From an uncultured delta proteobacterium (lineage in GTDB: Bacteria; Desulfobacterota; Desulfomonilia; UBA1062): a stretch of 64,000 bases of DNA. Under the pieces are notes generated by a model. The model was not told the DNA's origin and ran no database searches. It worked only from the letters and a program-made list of their open reading frames with translations. Below, piece after piece: positions 49,728-61,822 of the stretch. How positions within the stretch are numbered: the first letter of the stretch is position 1; each line of letters starts with the position of its first letter. The DNA lies in assembly GCA_963752595.1 (NCBI GenBank), contig CAVVYZ010000005.1:1-64000 (forward strand), written 5' to 3'. The translations under genes were made by a program, and so were the position numbers.

Positions 49728-52700
49728 TCACAGCTCGGTCTTATCGAATACATCCAGACGGACATATTCCTTTTCCATCCTCTGGAGCATCTCCTCGCCG
49801 CCATCGACCTTACCGGATTTCCCCAGATTCTCCATTTCCATGGCCGCCCCTGAAAGATCGTCGGCACAAATGTTCGCAGCCCCTCCCTTGATGGAATGTG
49901 CCTCTTTGCGTACCGTTTCCGCGTCCCCCTGCTGAATGGCCTTGCGGATGATTTCTATCTGCTTGCCTACATTCTGCAGAAATCCCCCCAGAATCTCCCT
50001 GAGAAAATCCCTGTCGGCATCGAATTCATTCATTACCCTTTCCAGATCTATGGGACACCCATTTTTATCCATGGACTTATCACCTTTCCCTTCCTCTGGT
50101 TGCAGTTGTCTGGCAGAGTCACCTTTCATCGTGTCCTTCTTTTTTGTCCATCTGTCTACCATTTCAATCAATTCTTCCCTCCGGAGAGGCTTGGCTATGT
50201 AATCATCCATACCGGCTTCGATGCATTTATCACGGTATCCGGTAATGGCGTGTGCGGTCATCGCTATGATCGGGATTCTCTTCCGATGCTCCGATGATCC
50301 CGGCGGCAACTTGGAGCTTAGTTTCTCCTCCCACCCTCGAATCTGCTTTGTAGCTTCGTACCCGTCCATGATCGGCATCTGGATATCCATGAGGATGAGG
50401 TCATAACGTTTTCGCTTGAAAGCAGCTACCGCCTGCTGGCCGTTCTCCGCGACCTCGGCCTGGTACCCTGCCTTGAAGAGATGCCTCATGGCAACCTGCT
50501 GGTTGGTGGGATAATCTTCTGCAAGAAGGATCTGGATATCGCCTCGATAATCCTCCACCACGGTATGCCTGGTAATGAGTTTGGAGATCTCTTCCGTATC
50601 CTCTGCCTTGGAAATACCCATGACGGACAAAATGGCCTTTTTGAGGTCGTCCCTGCGCATCGGCTTAGGCAGATAACCCTGGATGCCGATATCCTTGCAA
50701 TACTTACCGTCACCGAGGTCTCCGAGTGATGTCAGGATAATGATGGGTATCTTCTTCAAGGATTTTACCGCCCGTATCTCTTTTGTTAATTCGAAACCAT
50801 TCATATCCGGCATATTGAAATCCAGGAGGATCAGATCAAAGGGCTCATTGAGGATAATCCCCGCCCTGAGCAGGGATACAGTCTCCTGTCCTCCCGGATA
50901 GTCGACAGGGATACAGCCCCATGTTTTCAGGTACTCCATGAGGATGAACCGGTTTGTCTCGTTGTCATCAACCACCAGCACCCGCATGCCTTTGATATCC
51001 ACCTCGTCAAGTACGGGATATATTCTCTGGTCTTTCTGCTTTGGAAAAGCAGCCGTGAAGAAAAAGGTGCTCCCCTCACCCTCGATGCTATAGACGCCGA
51101 CTTTCCCTCCCATCATCTCAACGATCTTTTTCGAGATTGCAAGCCCTAGGCCGGTGCCTCCGTACTTCCTCGTGGTAGATCCGTCCGCCTGGGTAAAGCT
51201 CTCGAATATCCTTTCCTGTTTGTCCTTGGGGATTCCGATCCCGGTATCCCGTACACTGAACTTCAGGGAGACCTTATTTTTATATTCCCTATGCTTTTCC
51301 ACCTTGATGAAAATCTCGCCCTTTTCGGTGAATTTCAGGGAATTGCCTGCCAGGTTGGCAATTACCTGGCGCAGCCTCCCCGGATCCCCCATGAGGCGCG
51401 ACGGTACATCGGGGGAGACGAAGGAAATGAATTCCAGCCCTTTCTTTTCCGACCTCATGGCAAAACTGTGGGCCAGATCCTCGATCAGAATTCTCAAGTC
51501 AAAGGGAATCTTCTCCAGCTCATACCGGTCGGCCTCTATTTTCGAGAAGTCCAGGATATCGTTGATGAGATTCAGCAGGATCTCTGATTCTCTGTTGATG
51601 ACACGGACAATATCTCTCTGGTTCTCATCCAGGCTGGTATCCATGGCAAGCTCCGTCATCCCGATGATGCCGTTCAAAGGGGTGCGGATCTCATGGCTCA
51701 TATTGGCCAGGAATTCGCTCTTGGCTCTGTTCTCGGCCTCTGCTTTGAGCTTAGCAGCCTTGAATTCCTCAGTCTGTATCCGCTCGGAGACATCCCGTAT
51801 CAGACCCCTGAAACCCACTGGATTTCCATTCGAATCCCTGATGAGGAGGATCGAGGTTTCCGTAAGGACCTTGCTGCCGTCCTTCCGGATCAGCGTCCAG
51901 CCGAAGGCCTTCTCGGGCTTCCCTGTTTCGAATACCCGTCTGAATGTCTGGAAGACCGTGCGAGCGCCTTCCTCGTCCATTAATATTTTGTAATTCCGAC
52001 CCTTCATTTCTTCGGCTGTAAATCCCATATTCCGGCCCAACGAATCATTAAAGAAGGTGAGATTGCCCGCAAGATCGGTTTCATAGTAACCCTCTTCAAT
52101 GCTCTCGAGGATTGACCGGTACTTGGCCTCGTTCTTCCTGATCTCTTCGTCCGCATTGATACGGTCGGTGATGTCCCGGGTGATACCGACAAAGCCTATG
52201 GGCTTGCCGTTGTCATCGAGCTGGATCGATGCAATGGTATCTGCCCAGAACTCGGTGCCGTCCCCGCGGGTATGCTCGAACTCGAACCTTTTCACAACAT
52301 GGGATACATCTTCACCTTGATCGACCAGGGCCATGATCTCGCCGAATTCGGAAACAACCCTCTTGAACAACTCCCGGCTCATGACATGTCGGACATTCAG
52401 TTTCAATGTCTCCTCGACTGTTGTCCTTGCGACCTGCTTCACCGAGGGGCTGACATAGGTGAAATTGAAATCAAGGTCTGCCGTCCAGATGATGTCATTG
52501 ACGTTCTCTGCCAGGAGACGGTACCGGTGCTCGCTCTCCATGAGTGCCCGCTCTGCCTGGACCCGCTTCGTGACATCCCTGACTATGCCCCGGAATCCGA
52601 CGCATTCGCCGCTGCGGGACAGTACTCGGGAAACAGAGATCTCGCAATTGATCCTTTCACCGCCCTTCTTGATGAAATCCCACGAAACCGGCGCAAGATC

Positions 52701-55700
52701 CCTGCCTGTCTTAAAGACCTCATGAAATGCCGCGAAAATGACATTTGCCTTGTCCCCATCCGCCAGGTCCCGGTAATTCATGCCCACGAGCTCTTCCCTT
52801 CTGCAGGCCGTGATCCTGCATATGGCTCCGTTGCAGAAGGTAAAGGTTCCATCAAGATTCACCTCGTAATACCCCTCCTCGATGCTCTCGAGGATGGTGC
52901 GGTACTTTTCCTCGCTTTCCTTCAGGGCATGCTCGGCATGGACACGGCGTGTGACATCCCGGCCCATTCCCCGGAAACCGATGACTTCCCCAGTCTTGGA
53001 AAGAATGCGCGACACCGAGACCTCGATAAAGATCTGCTCGCCATCGTTTTTCCTGAAGAACTCCCACTGAGTGGAGCCCAGATCCTTGCCTGTCTTAAAG
53101 ACCGTGTTGAAAGTTTTAAATATGACATTGGATGTACCGCCCTTTACAAAACTGCTGTAGTTCGAACCTATGAGCTCACTACTCGTACATCCGAAAATCC
53201 GGCTCATGGAATCGTTAGAAAAGGTAATTTTTCCATCCAGGTCCACCTCGTAGTAACCCTCCTCGATACTCTCGAGGATGGTGCGATATCTCTCTTCGCT
53301 GTCCTTTAATGCGCGCTCGGCCTTTACGCGTTTCGTGACATCCCGGACAATCCCCTGGAAGCCTCTCAATTCACCGCTCTTGGTTAGGGCGCGCGACACC
53401 GAGACCTCGATAAAGATCTGCTCGCCGTCGCTTTTTCTGAAAAATTCCCATTCGGCAGACTCCACATCCTTGCCGGTCGTGAACACGTCATTAAAGGTCT
53501 TATAGATGCCGCGTGCCGTGTTATCGCCTACAAACGAACTATAGCTCATGCCGATGAGTTCTTCATACGTGCATCCGAGAATCCGGCATAGGGAATCATT
53601 GGAAAACGCGAAGTTCCCCTTGAGGTCCACTTCATAATAACCTTCTTCGATGCTCTCAAGAATGGTGCGGTACTTGAACTCGCTCTCTTTCAGCTTGTGC
53701 TCGACCTGGACCCGCTTCGTAACATCTCTGGTAATCCCTCTGAACCCCTTGCATTCACCTCCGCTTGACAATATGCGGGAGATGGAGAACTCGACGTAGA
53801 TCCTCTGTCCATCGTTCCTGATGAATTCGAATTCGACGGATTCAAGATCTTTTCCTGTATTGAAAACCGTACTGTACGTATCTGAAGCAACCTTTGCTTT
53901 ATCTTCATCCGTGAAACGGCTGAAATTCGACCCGATGAGTTCCTGCATGGGGACCTGGGTGATCCTGCAAAGGGAATCGTTTGCAAAGGTGAAGTTTCCC
54001 GTGAGATCTACTTCATAATACCCTTCTTCGATGCTCTCGAGAATGGACCGGTACTTCTCCTCGCTCTTTTTGAGCTGCCTCTGTACCTGGATGCGGTCGG
54101 TCACATCCCGAGCAGACCCCTGCACCCCTGTAGGCACGCCGTTCTTGGAAACGAGGAGGTTTTTGTATTCCAGGATGTGCTCTTTCCCATCATTCGTAAA
54201 AATTACCGTGAGCAGGCCTTCATCCAGATTTTTTTCCTTGATGCGCTTCAGGTATTCGCCGAAGAACGGCTTGTGCCGTTCCGGGATCAGGTCAATGAGG
54301 TTCATGCGGCGGGTCATCTTTTCCCGATAGCCCCATGCATTCTTGGACTGCTCGTTCGTTTCTTCGAAATCAAAATTCCCGTCAAGGTCGTGGAAGTAGA
54401 GAAAATCCGATACATTGTTGAAGATATTCCGGTAGCGCTGCTCGCTTTCTATGAGGGCATGCTCGGACTGGATCCGGTGGGTGACATCCCGGATCATCCC
54501 GCGGAACCCTATACACCCACCATCCTTGCTCAGGATGCGGGAGATCGATCCCTCAATATAGATTTTGCGGCCGTCTCTTTTCCTGATAAACTCCCACTCG
54601 GCCATCGGCTTGTCTTTCTGCGACTCGAATACCTCATGAAAGGTGTTGGAGATCTCCTTCACTAACCCATCATCCATGAATGAGGCATAGTTCGTGCCTA
54701 ACAGTTCCGTGCTGGTGGTCCCTAAGATCCGGAACAGGGAATCATTGCCGAAGGTGAATCTGCCCTTGAGATCTATCTCATAATAGCCTTCCTCAATACT
54801 CTCAAGGATAGTCCGGTACTTCTCTTCGCTCTTCTTGAGCTGCTTTTCGGCATGCAGACGATCCGTGATATCACGGGCAGAACCGCGTACACCGACCGGA
54901 TTGCCTTCCTTATCATATGTCAGGGTATTCCTGTATTCGAGGATACGTTCTGCTCCATCTTTATCAATAATGCATAAGGGTCCCTCATCCTGCCCTTTCT
55001 GTATTATTACCTCCAAGTATTGATCCAACTGGCCACGAAAGCGCTCGGGCATGATATCGCGAAGATTCGTCCTGCCCTGGCTGTCCCTCATGTCTTTCCA
55101 GTTATCCCTGACCGTGTTGTTGCATTCATCATATCTGAAGTAGCCTTCCAGATCGTGGAAGTAGAGATAGTCGGATACATTGTTGAAGATATCCCGGTAG
55201 CGCTGCTCGCTCCGTTTGAGCTGTATTTTCCCCTTAATCCGGTCCGTGATGTCGCTGGCGATCCCCCGTACACCCGCCGGGACGCCGTCCTCGCAAATGA
55301 GAGAATTCCGGTATTCAAGGATACGTTCGCTGCCATCGGTATTGATGACAGAGATAAGCCCTTTGTCTTTGCCTTTCTCTTTAATCCTCTTAAGATATTC
55401 AGAGAACAGGGGCTTATATTTATCGGGCATGAAATCCTTGATATTGCTGTAACGGTTTTCTTCGCCCCTGTAGCCCCACGACTGCTTCATCATATCATTG
55501 GTTTCTTCGAAATCGAAGTTTCCTTCAAGGTCATGGGTAAAGACATAGTCCGAGATGCTGTCGAAAAGGTCGCGGTACTTTTCCTCACTTTTTACGAGGG
55601 CCTCTGTGGCATTGAATCGCTCGGTAATATCCCGGGCAAGCCCACGGGCGCCCATCGGGCCGTTTTCACCGGAAATGAGGAAGGACTTGTATTCAAATAT

Positions 55701-56626
55701 CCGCTCGCCGCCGTTAATGCTCAAGAGCCTGATGATGCCTTCGGCTTTACCTTCTGCCCTGACCCTCTTTACATACTCATCGAATTCACCGCGCACCCTT
55801 GCAGGGATGAGGTCTTTGAGGTTCAGCCGGAGAAGGTCTTTCTCGGTGTAGCCTTCCACCTCCTCATCCACCAGCTTCATCTCTTTGATGAAGCCTTCCA
55901 TGTCATGAAAAAACATGAAGTCGGACGTGTTCTCGAATACGAAGCGGTACTTATCCTCCAGATCTCTGATCTCCCGACTGAATCCCTCTCCCCTCACCAG
56001 CCCTTCCAGACATCCTTTCACTGCCCCGTGCATCAAGCCCTGAACATCTGCCTCCCCTCCGGGAACGAAATTAGTATTATCTATGAGCCTTTCCCCTATG
56101 ATCACGAGGGGATAGATCGAAAGGGATTCCATCAGAACATTTGGAGGAGTCTTCTTCATACATAGAGACACAAGATAATGCATGATTCCGCCCTGTTCAG
56201 CGAAAGTAGCTTGCCCATGAAGGACTTGAAAGATCCATGGGAAAGGAATTGTGCCGGAAGGCTGCTGATATCGAGACAGATGCGCACTCCTTTCCATACG
56301 CTCCCCAGGACCTTGTTTACTTCCGAGCTGAGAAACGAGATGAAGGAATCTCCATCGGCAGGGATGTCTTTGTTTGCAAAGCGGGAAAAGCCGGTAATGT
56401 TGGAGGCTGCCTGGTTGATTTCCCCATGTGCGCTTGATTCGGGAATATCTTGTGACTCATGCCCGTTGACAAAGGTGATGAGCTTGTGGCCTTTTTGCAG
56501 GGCATTCGCTGCAAAGCCCTCGATTACGCTTTTGCATTCGTCGTCGCTCGCATAGTAGCATCCAAGATAATCCCCGACCCTTACATGTTTCAGCTCCGAG
56601 GTAATCTGTTTGTAACTCTCGGACAT
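49728..56626 (-). CDS. Giant hybrid histidine kinase: MEDS - 11 PAS - HisKA - HATPase - REC - REC - Hpt (frameshift near 56160)
   Basis: MEDS-like 56626-56156 (GCYY, GVRI, ILCLY) continues in another frame. Eleven (S)ExxYR-PAS units, ANMSHEIRTPLNG, GGTGLG, two receivers and Hpt AHSIKG. Confidence 0.9.
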
Positions 56627-57059
56627 ATGGCCTCACCTCTCTGCCGGGTATGACTTCCCATAAGGCAGCTTGCAGGGTAAATACCGCCGGTTTGCTCGGA
56701 TTCATTCTGATGGAAGGGATGGAATCTGTACGTCCTGCCGTTCATCATCGCCGTCAGGCCGCATATCGTGCTTGATCTTCCTACGTGCTTCCTCTTGGAC
56801 GATACTATCCCCGCCCTCATCAAAGCAATACCCCCGCACACCTTATCTGTCTCTTCATACCATCGGGTTTTTTGAGGAAATTAATTAAGGTAATATTATG
56901 GAATCAGCAGACAGGTATCTATCATGCGGGAAATGGATAAACAGGAAAAGAGCTTTCTCCGGTAAAAAGATGTCCTTCCTTGAGAAACAGGAATCGATAC
57001 TATTGGATCCTTTTGTCCATTATCCTTCGCCACACAGAAAATGCCGGGTTGAGGAAGGG

Positions 57060-57791
57060 CTATCTCTTGTACTTGGTAAAGGTAATGGCCTTCTTCATCG
57101 ATTCGGTAAATAGCTTCTTGGACCTTTCCTGACCATCAGGGGTAATATCGCCTTTTATCCACTCCCTGCAGGAAGACGAGTCGTCGATATCCATGAGATC
57201 TTCGAAATAATACACGCACAGCCGGGTGTCGTTTCCTGCTCCCGCCCTTATTCCAAAGGCCTCGACCATGAAGCACTTGGGAATGACGAACCCGCTATAG
57301 GCCAATTTATCGCCCCGCATCACGGGTTTGACGTTCTTCATGCCTTCTTTGATGACATAATCCATTTCATCATTGGTGAAAATATCCGAACGTACCGCCA
57401 TAAAATGCTCATACCGGTCCATGTTGATATCTTCATAATCGGAGACCAGCTTGTTCTTCACATCTGCGAACATATCCGTGTCCCAGTAGCTCTTGCTTAT
57501 CTTGTCCACCCTGATGATGACGCCTTTTCTGAGAACATTGTCATCGCCTACCTCTGCAAAGAGGTAGGAATTGTAGCTCACGAGGAGCCCGCGTGCCCCG
57601 TGAACACTCTGATGGTGACTTGACGTGCTGACCTGACCGATATACCGGAATTGAGGGTTTATCCGGATCTGCACCTTCGGGTCTGCCATTGAGGTAAAGG
57701 TGTTGTTTTCCACCTTCCTCTCAAAGGTTATGGCGGAGCAGCCGGAGAATACCACGAAGCTCACAGCCAGTATTCCGAACCATTTTTTCAT
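57060..57791 (-). CDS. Hypothetical lipoprotein
   Basis: Lipobox FSGC; no other motif recognised. Confidence 0.65.
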   Translation of the reverse strand: MKKWFGILAVSFVVFSGCSAITFERKVENNTFTSMADPKVQIRINPQFRYIGQVSTSSHHQSVHGARGLLVSYNSYLFAEVGDDNVLRKGVIIRVDKISKSYWDTDMFADVKNKLVSDYEDINMDRYEHFMAVRSDIFTNDEMDYVIKEGMKNVKPVMRGDKLAYSGFVIPKCFMVEAFGIRAGAGNDTRLCVYYFEDLMDIDDSSSCREWIKGDITPDGQERSKKLFTESMKKAITFTKYKR

Positions 57792-57953
57792 GTCTTACCC
57801 CCTGCACCCGTACAAACATCACACATCATGATGGAAGTATGGTCCTATATCATTTACAATCGACTGAAATCATATCACAGTTTATACATTTTCACCAGGA
57901 GCGTTAATTGCACTCTGTTTTATCCCCCCCGATTACTCTTCATCTTATGAGTA

Positions 57954-59447
57954 CTACCGTGCTTCCAGCACCTCGATCCTGAGCTTGCCCATCACGTTCA
58001 CAATGGGTACCAGGGATTGCATTGTTTCGCCTTCCACGAACTTGATATGCGTTGCATCCGCCGGCATCTGGCTCATCGTGGGATCTACGGCCACCCAGCT
58101 TCCCTGCACGAAGCTCTCGGCCCATGCGTGGTAGAGAAAGCCTTTGAAGTCACTGGAATAAACGATGCCGTTTGCAATGCGTGTCGGGATTCCCAGACTG
58201 CGCGCAAATGCGGCATAGAGATAGGCATGTCCCTGGCATTCGGCTTTCTTCCGGGAGAGAACGTCAAGCGCGGTGAAGGCATCCACAGGTTCCTGCTCGA
58301 TATTTTCCCTGATCCATTTCAACAGAGCATGGATCTGTTCTTCCCGGGTGGATGCCGCACGGACGATCTGCCCGGCAATCGTACGGATCTCGACGTTATT
58401 GCCGGGCACGGTGTAGCTCGGTTTGAGATACATCCCGGGCAAGGCTCCTTCCTCCTGCGGATTCCGTGATTTTTCTTTCACTCCCGAAACCACGCGGCAG
58501 AAGATCCTCTCGCCCCTCCTCTCGATTTCCTGGCGATCTCCCGAGGGCAGTGTCATATCGCCCGGGAACCCATCGATGTATACTTCGAGAAAGGTCGTTG
58601 CCGGCGGATCAGGTATGGATCGAGCGACCTTGATGAGGCTGAACGCAAGAAGGCTCTCGTCTTTATTGAGGCTCGATTCCACAAGATAGCGTCTGGCCTC
58701 CTGCTCGCTCTCCAGACCTGATACGAATGCCCCGCCCATCGCTGTCTCAAGCAGCGGCAGGCCTTTTCCGTCGATCCAGGAGGTCACCTCCTGCCCCTGG
58801 TAGCCCGTTTTCATCTTGAATGCCTCCCCACTGAACAGATCGCTCCGTTGATACGCGAGGATCTCCTGGCTAACGCCGGTTATACATTGAGACTCGCCGT
58901 CATAGATCTGATATTCATACTTTTCCCCTACTCCCAGACCTTTGAGAAGCGGATAGAGGTACAGGACGCTCCCGGGGTAGAGCCTGGCCGGTGCTTTGAT
59001 CGCATCTTCAGTGTTCACCCCTCTGGAGGATCTGACGACCTTGAGTTTCCCTTCTTTGACCTCACCGGTGAGCCCGAGCCTGTTGCCGTCTATCTCATAC
59101 TCATAGGTAAAACGGAGGAGACATAAATCCCTGTCCACCAGGTCGTAGGAGGTAAGCGAGACGCTTTTATCCATCATGAGGAAGCGAAAGTGGAAGAATG
59201 CCTGGCTCCGGACCTCGAAGAGATCTTTTTCCTTCGCCGACGGCGTGATGACGAAGTGAGTGAATCCGATCTTGCTGCCGTTGAATACGACACCTGTCCA
59301 ATATTCGTTTGCCGGGAGCTTATCGAGCTCGTAGTGAGGAGGATCGTTCAAGGGAATATCCACGTCATGGAAGTGCCGGCCGGCGCACCCGTTCAAGAGA
59401 AGCATAATGCATGCCGCAGCCCACAGGTAGCTCACACTTCGGTACAT
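57954..59447 (-). CDS. Transglutaminase-like domain lipoprotein
   Basis: Lipobox LNGC; catalytic triad ECQGHA, HAWAE and VDPT. Confidence 0.85.
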   Translation of the reverse strand: MYRSVSYLWAAACIMLLLNGCAGRHFHDVDIPLNDPPHYELDKLPANEYWTGVVFNGSKIGFTHFVITPSAKEKDLFEVRSQAFFHFRFLMMDKSVSLTSYDLVDRDLCLLRFTYEYEIDGNRLGLTGEVKEGKLKVVRSSRGVNTEDAIKAPARLYPGSVLYLYPLLKGLGVGEKYEYQIYDGESQCITGVSQEILAYQRSDLFSGEAFKMKTGYQGQEVTSWIDGKGLPLLETAMGGAFVSGLESEQEARRYLVESSLNKDESLLAFSLIKVARSIPDPPATTFLEVYIDGFPGDMTLPSGDRQEIERRGERIFCRVVSGVKEKSRNPQEEGALPGMYLKPSYTVPGNNVEIRTIAGQIVRAASTREEQIHALLKWIRENIEQEPVDAFTALDVLSRKKAECQGHAYLYAAFARSLGIPTRIANGIVYSSDFKGFLYHAWAESFVQGSWVAVDPTMSQMPADATHIKFVEGETMQSLVPIVNVMGKLRIEVLEAR

Positions 59448-59560
59448 ACTCCCTCCTCGATATCGATAAAAAAAGTATCCTACCATACCTTGGAGGTTAT
59501 AGGGAGTACCTGAGAGATCGAAGCGGGTACTTTAAGGGGAAAGAGGTTCCATGCAAGGCA

Positions 59561-60265
59561 TCAGGAACCCTGTCTCAGATAACCCTTCCGCATGATGTCT
59601 CCCGCTTTCTTTCCACAGTTGAAAAGGAGGTCATAGATTGAGAGGTTGGAGATAAAATCACCCCAGAGCTGAGGATAGACGAGAACCGGAGGGTTTATGA
59701 AGGAGATGGCGATCCCGGCCTCATGGAACAGGCCTTCATCGAGGTATTTGCGGGCAGAAGAAAAGGCCAGAAATCCGGATGCCCCGAGGTCGCGGCAGAT
59801 TGCGACGAGGAGGCCGGTCCCGGACTCACGGATGCCCAGGTCGGAAAGGAGCACGAGCCGGGCCGGAATATCGAGACAGCCCATGACATGGGCTATCATG
59901 TCCGAATCGATGTCCCTGATCGTCTCGTTTTTTTCGGCAAATGCCCTTTGAAAGGGGGGAAGATGGTCTTCGAGGTAGGGCGCATGGGCATATGCAGTCC
60001 TTATGCTTTCGATGTGCTTTCTCTTCCAGCTTCCCTCGTTGCACACCCTTACCTCGTCTATCTTCTGAAGACCTCTGCCCTTCTTCCACACGGGCACAGC
60101 CATCCAGAAAGCACCGGAATCGTTTTTAAACCGGTTGCGGGTGATCCATGAACCGCCCCTGGGGAACTGGACAGAATCGAGGATAACGAAGACCTCGGAA
60201 TTCATGGCCTTCGCGAAATACCCGGGATAGGGGCAGAAATAAGGCTGGTGCGCGCTTATTATCAT
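59561..60265 (-). CDS. WbqC family protein
   Basis: HQPYFCPYPGYF, D.VQF..RNR, YPQL and LSIYDLLFN. Confidence 0.9.
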   Translation of the reverse strand: MIISAHQPYFCPYPGYFAKAMNSEVFVILDSVQFPRGGSWITRNRFKNDSGAFWMAVPVWKKGRGLQKIDEVRVCNEGSWKRKHIESIRTAYAHAPYLEDHLPPFQRAFAEKNETIRDIDSDMIAHVMGCLDIPARLVLLSDLGIRESGTGLLVAICRDLGASGFLAFSSARKYLDEGLFHEAGIAISFINPPVLVYPQLWGDFISNLSIYDLLFNCGKKAGDIMRKGYLRQGS

Positions 60266-60304
60266 ATGGGCGGAATAATAAGCGGCATGGAGCGAAAAAC
60301 AATT

Positions 60305-60802
60305 CTAGAGATCGTAGAGGGTAGCGTCCACCTGTGGTTTCGGCTTCTTCCCGGCCGATGCGGATTTCTGTTCGAAAAGGAAAGGATCTTCGCCTTCCAG
60401 CAGATCGCCCATCTCCTGCTCGATCCTGTCCGGGTCATCGCCCCTCTCCATGCGGCTCAAGGCCTCTTCCATGCCGGACCCCATCCTCAAGCCGGTTGCC
60501 TCGGAGAGCTTGCGCATGAGGCGGGCTGCCTGCCGCGGGTCGTCCTCGTTGATCTTGCCTGCTTCGGATGCCAGCATGGCAAAAGCCTTTTCCATCTTCG
60601 ACTCGTCCATGGGAGGCATACCGTCTTCCCCATCGCCTTCGCTTTTGCTTTTACCGGTAATGGCTGCGAACAGGGAAACCTTCCGTCTTAAGGCAGTATC
60701 TTTGCACTTTGGGCAACTCGGGACCTTCTCGGTATTCACCGATTTGGAGAAAAAGTTATAGATCGTATTGCAGTTCCCGCAGTAGAATTCATAGATCGGC
60801 AT
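60305..60802 (-). CDS. FmdB-family zinc-ribbon protein
   Basis: MPIYEFYCGNC..CPKC with an acidic helical tail. Confidence 0.85.
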   Translation of the reverse strand: MPIYEFYCGNCNTIYNFFSKSVNTEKVPSCPKCKDTALRRKVSLFAAITGKSKSEGDGEDGMPPMDESKMEKAFAMLASEAGKINEDDPRQAARLMRKLSEATGLRMGSGMEEALSRMERGDDPDRIEQEMGDLLEGEDPFLFEQKSASAGKKPKPQVDATLYDL

Positions 60803-60926
60803 GGCACATCCTCTTTAATCTTTTCTCTGGCATATATATGGTCAAAACGGCACCCGAAATCAAGAGGGTATTTCCTGAAGAAAAAGATCATGCTACGATG
60901 GGGAAAACCTGCTTTGGGAGAAGCGT

Positions 60927-61346
60927 ATGACAAAAGACGAGATCCTTCAGTTCATCAATGCAAACCCCGCATGCTGCCTTGCCACCGTCGAAGATGATCG
61001 CCCGAGGGTCCGCGGGATGCTCATGTACCGGGCAGACGAAACCGGCATCCTGTTCCATACGGGCGAATTCAAGGATCTCTTCCGTCAGATACAGAAGAAC
61101 CCGCACGCCGAAGCCTGTTTTACCAGCCCTGACGGCGGCATTCAGGTCCGGGTGAGCGGCACTGTCCGGATCATCGAGGACCTGGACCTGAAAAAGGAAA
61201 TCGTAGCCGCCAGAGAGTTTCTCCAGATGTGGGTATACGAAAACGGTTATGATACGCTCAAGGTCTTCCGTTTATCGGACTGCACAGCCACGGTCTGGAC
61301 CTTTGAGACGAACTTCATGCCCAAGGAATATATGGAGCTTACATGA
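60927..61346 (+). CDS. Pyridoxamine 5'-phosphate oxidase-like FMN-binding protein
   Basis: LATVEDDRPRVR, FHT..K..QIQKNP and QVRVSG. Confidence 0.85.
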   Translation: MTKDEILQFINANPACCLATVEDDRPRVRGMLMYRADETGILFHTGEFKDLFRQIQKNPHAEACFTSPDGGIQVRVSGTVRIIEDLDLKKEIVAAREFLQMWVYENGYDTLKVFRLSDCTATVWTFETNFMPKEYMELT

Positions 61347-61755
61347 CCGACATGATCTTGGTCAGCTTGGTGAGCTTGATGGGGTGGGAGAGCATGCCCT
61401 CCACCTTGAGCTCGCCGCTCAAGATCTGTTTCAGCACGGTCATACCGGTCTCATCGAAGTAGTACGGCAGGCCGAACTTGATGCTGATGGAATTAAGCCC
61501 GATGATCTTGTCCGAATCGGTCCTTATGACGAGGTCCGGCTTTCCTACGATGCCTTGTTCGATCGTGGCTCTGCCGCCCTTGAAGATAATCGTTACCGTG
61601 GCTTCGATATCCTTGAGGTCTATGGCCACGATACTGTAAAGGCTCTGAAACGTCTTGAGCTTGGCAGGGTTCTGCTTGAGGTTTGATTCCAGCAGCTCGC
61701 CCAGGACAAAGGAAAATGGGACCTCCCCTGCATTGTTCTCAACGATGTCGCACAT
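61339..61755 (-). CDS. SCP2 sterol-carrier domain protein
   Basis: PDLVIRTD and LSGELKVEG. SD AAAGGAG. Confidence 0.7.
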   Translation of the reverse strand: MCDIVENNAGEVPFSFVLGELLESNLKQNPAKLKTFQSLYSIVAIDLKDIEATVTIIFKGGRATIEQGIVGKPDLVIRTDSDKIIGLNSISIKFGLPYYFDETGMTVLKQILSGELKVEGMLSHPIKLTKLTKIMSVM

Positions 61756-61770
61756 ATTATACTCCTTTGT

Positions 61771-61813
61771 AAAAAAACGGCAGGGGAGGACAAGGGCACC
61801 CTATCCCCCTGCC
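61771..61813 (-). terminator. Intrinsic terminator between the ADH gene and the last SCP2 gene
   Basis: Minus strand GGCAGGGGGATAGGGTGCCCTTGTCCTCCCCTGCC followed by G and T7. Confidence 0.65.
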
Positions 61814-61822
61814 TTGGGGTTA

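Noticed and set aside
56156-56170. Selenocysteine or stop read-through at the TGA ending the MEDS ORF
   Set aside because: The kinase continues in a different frame, so read-through cannot join them. An indel explains it.
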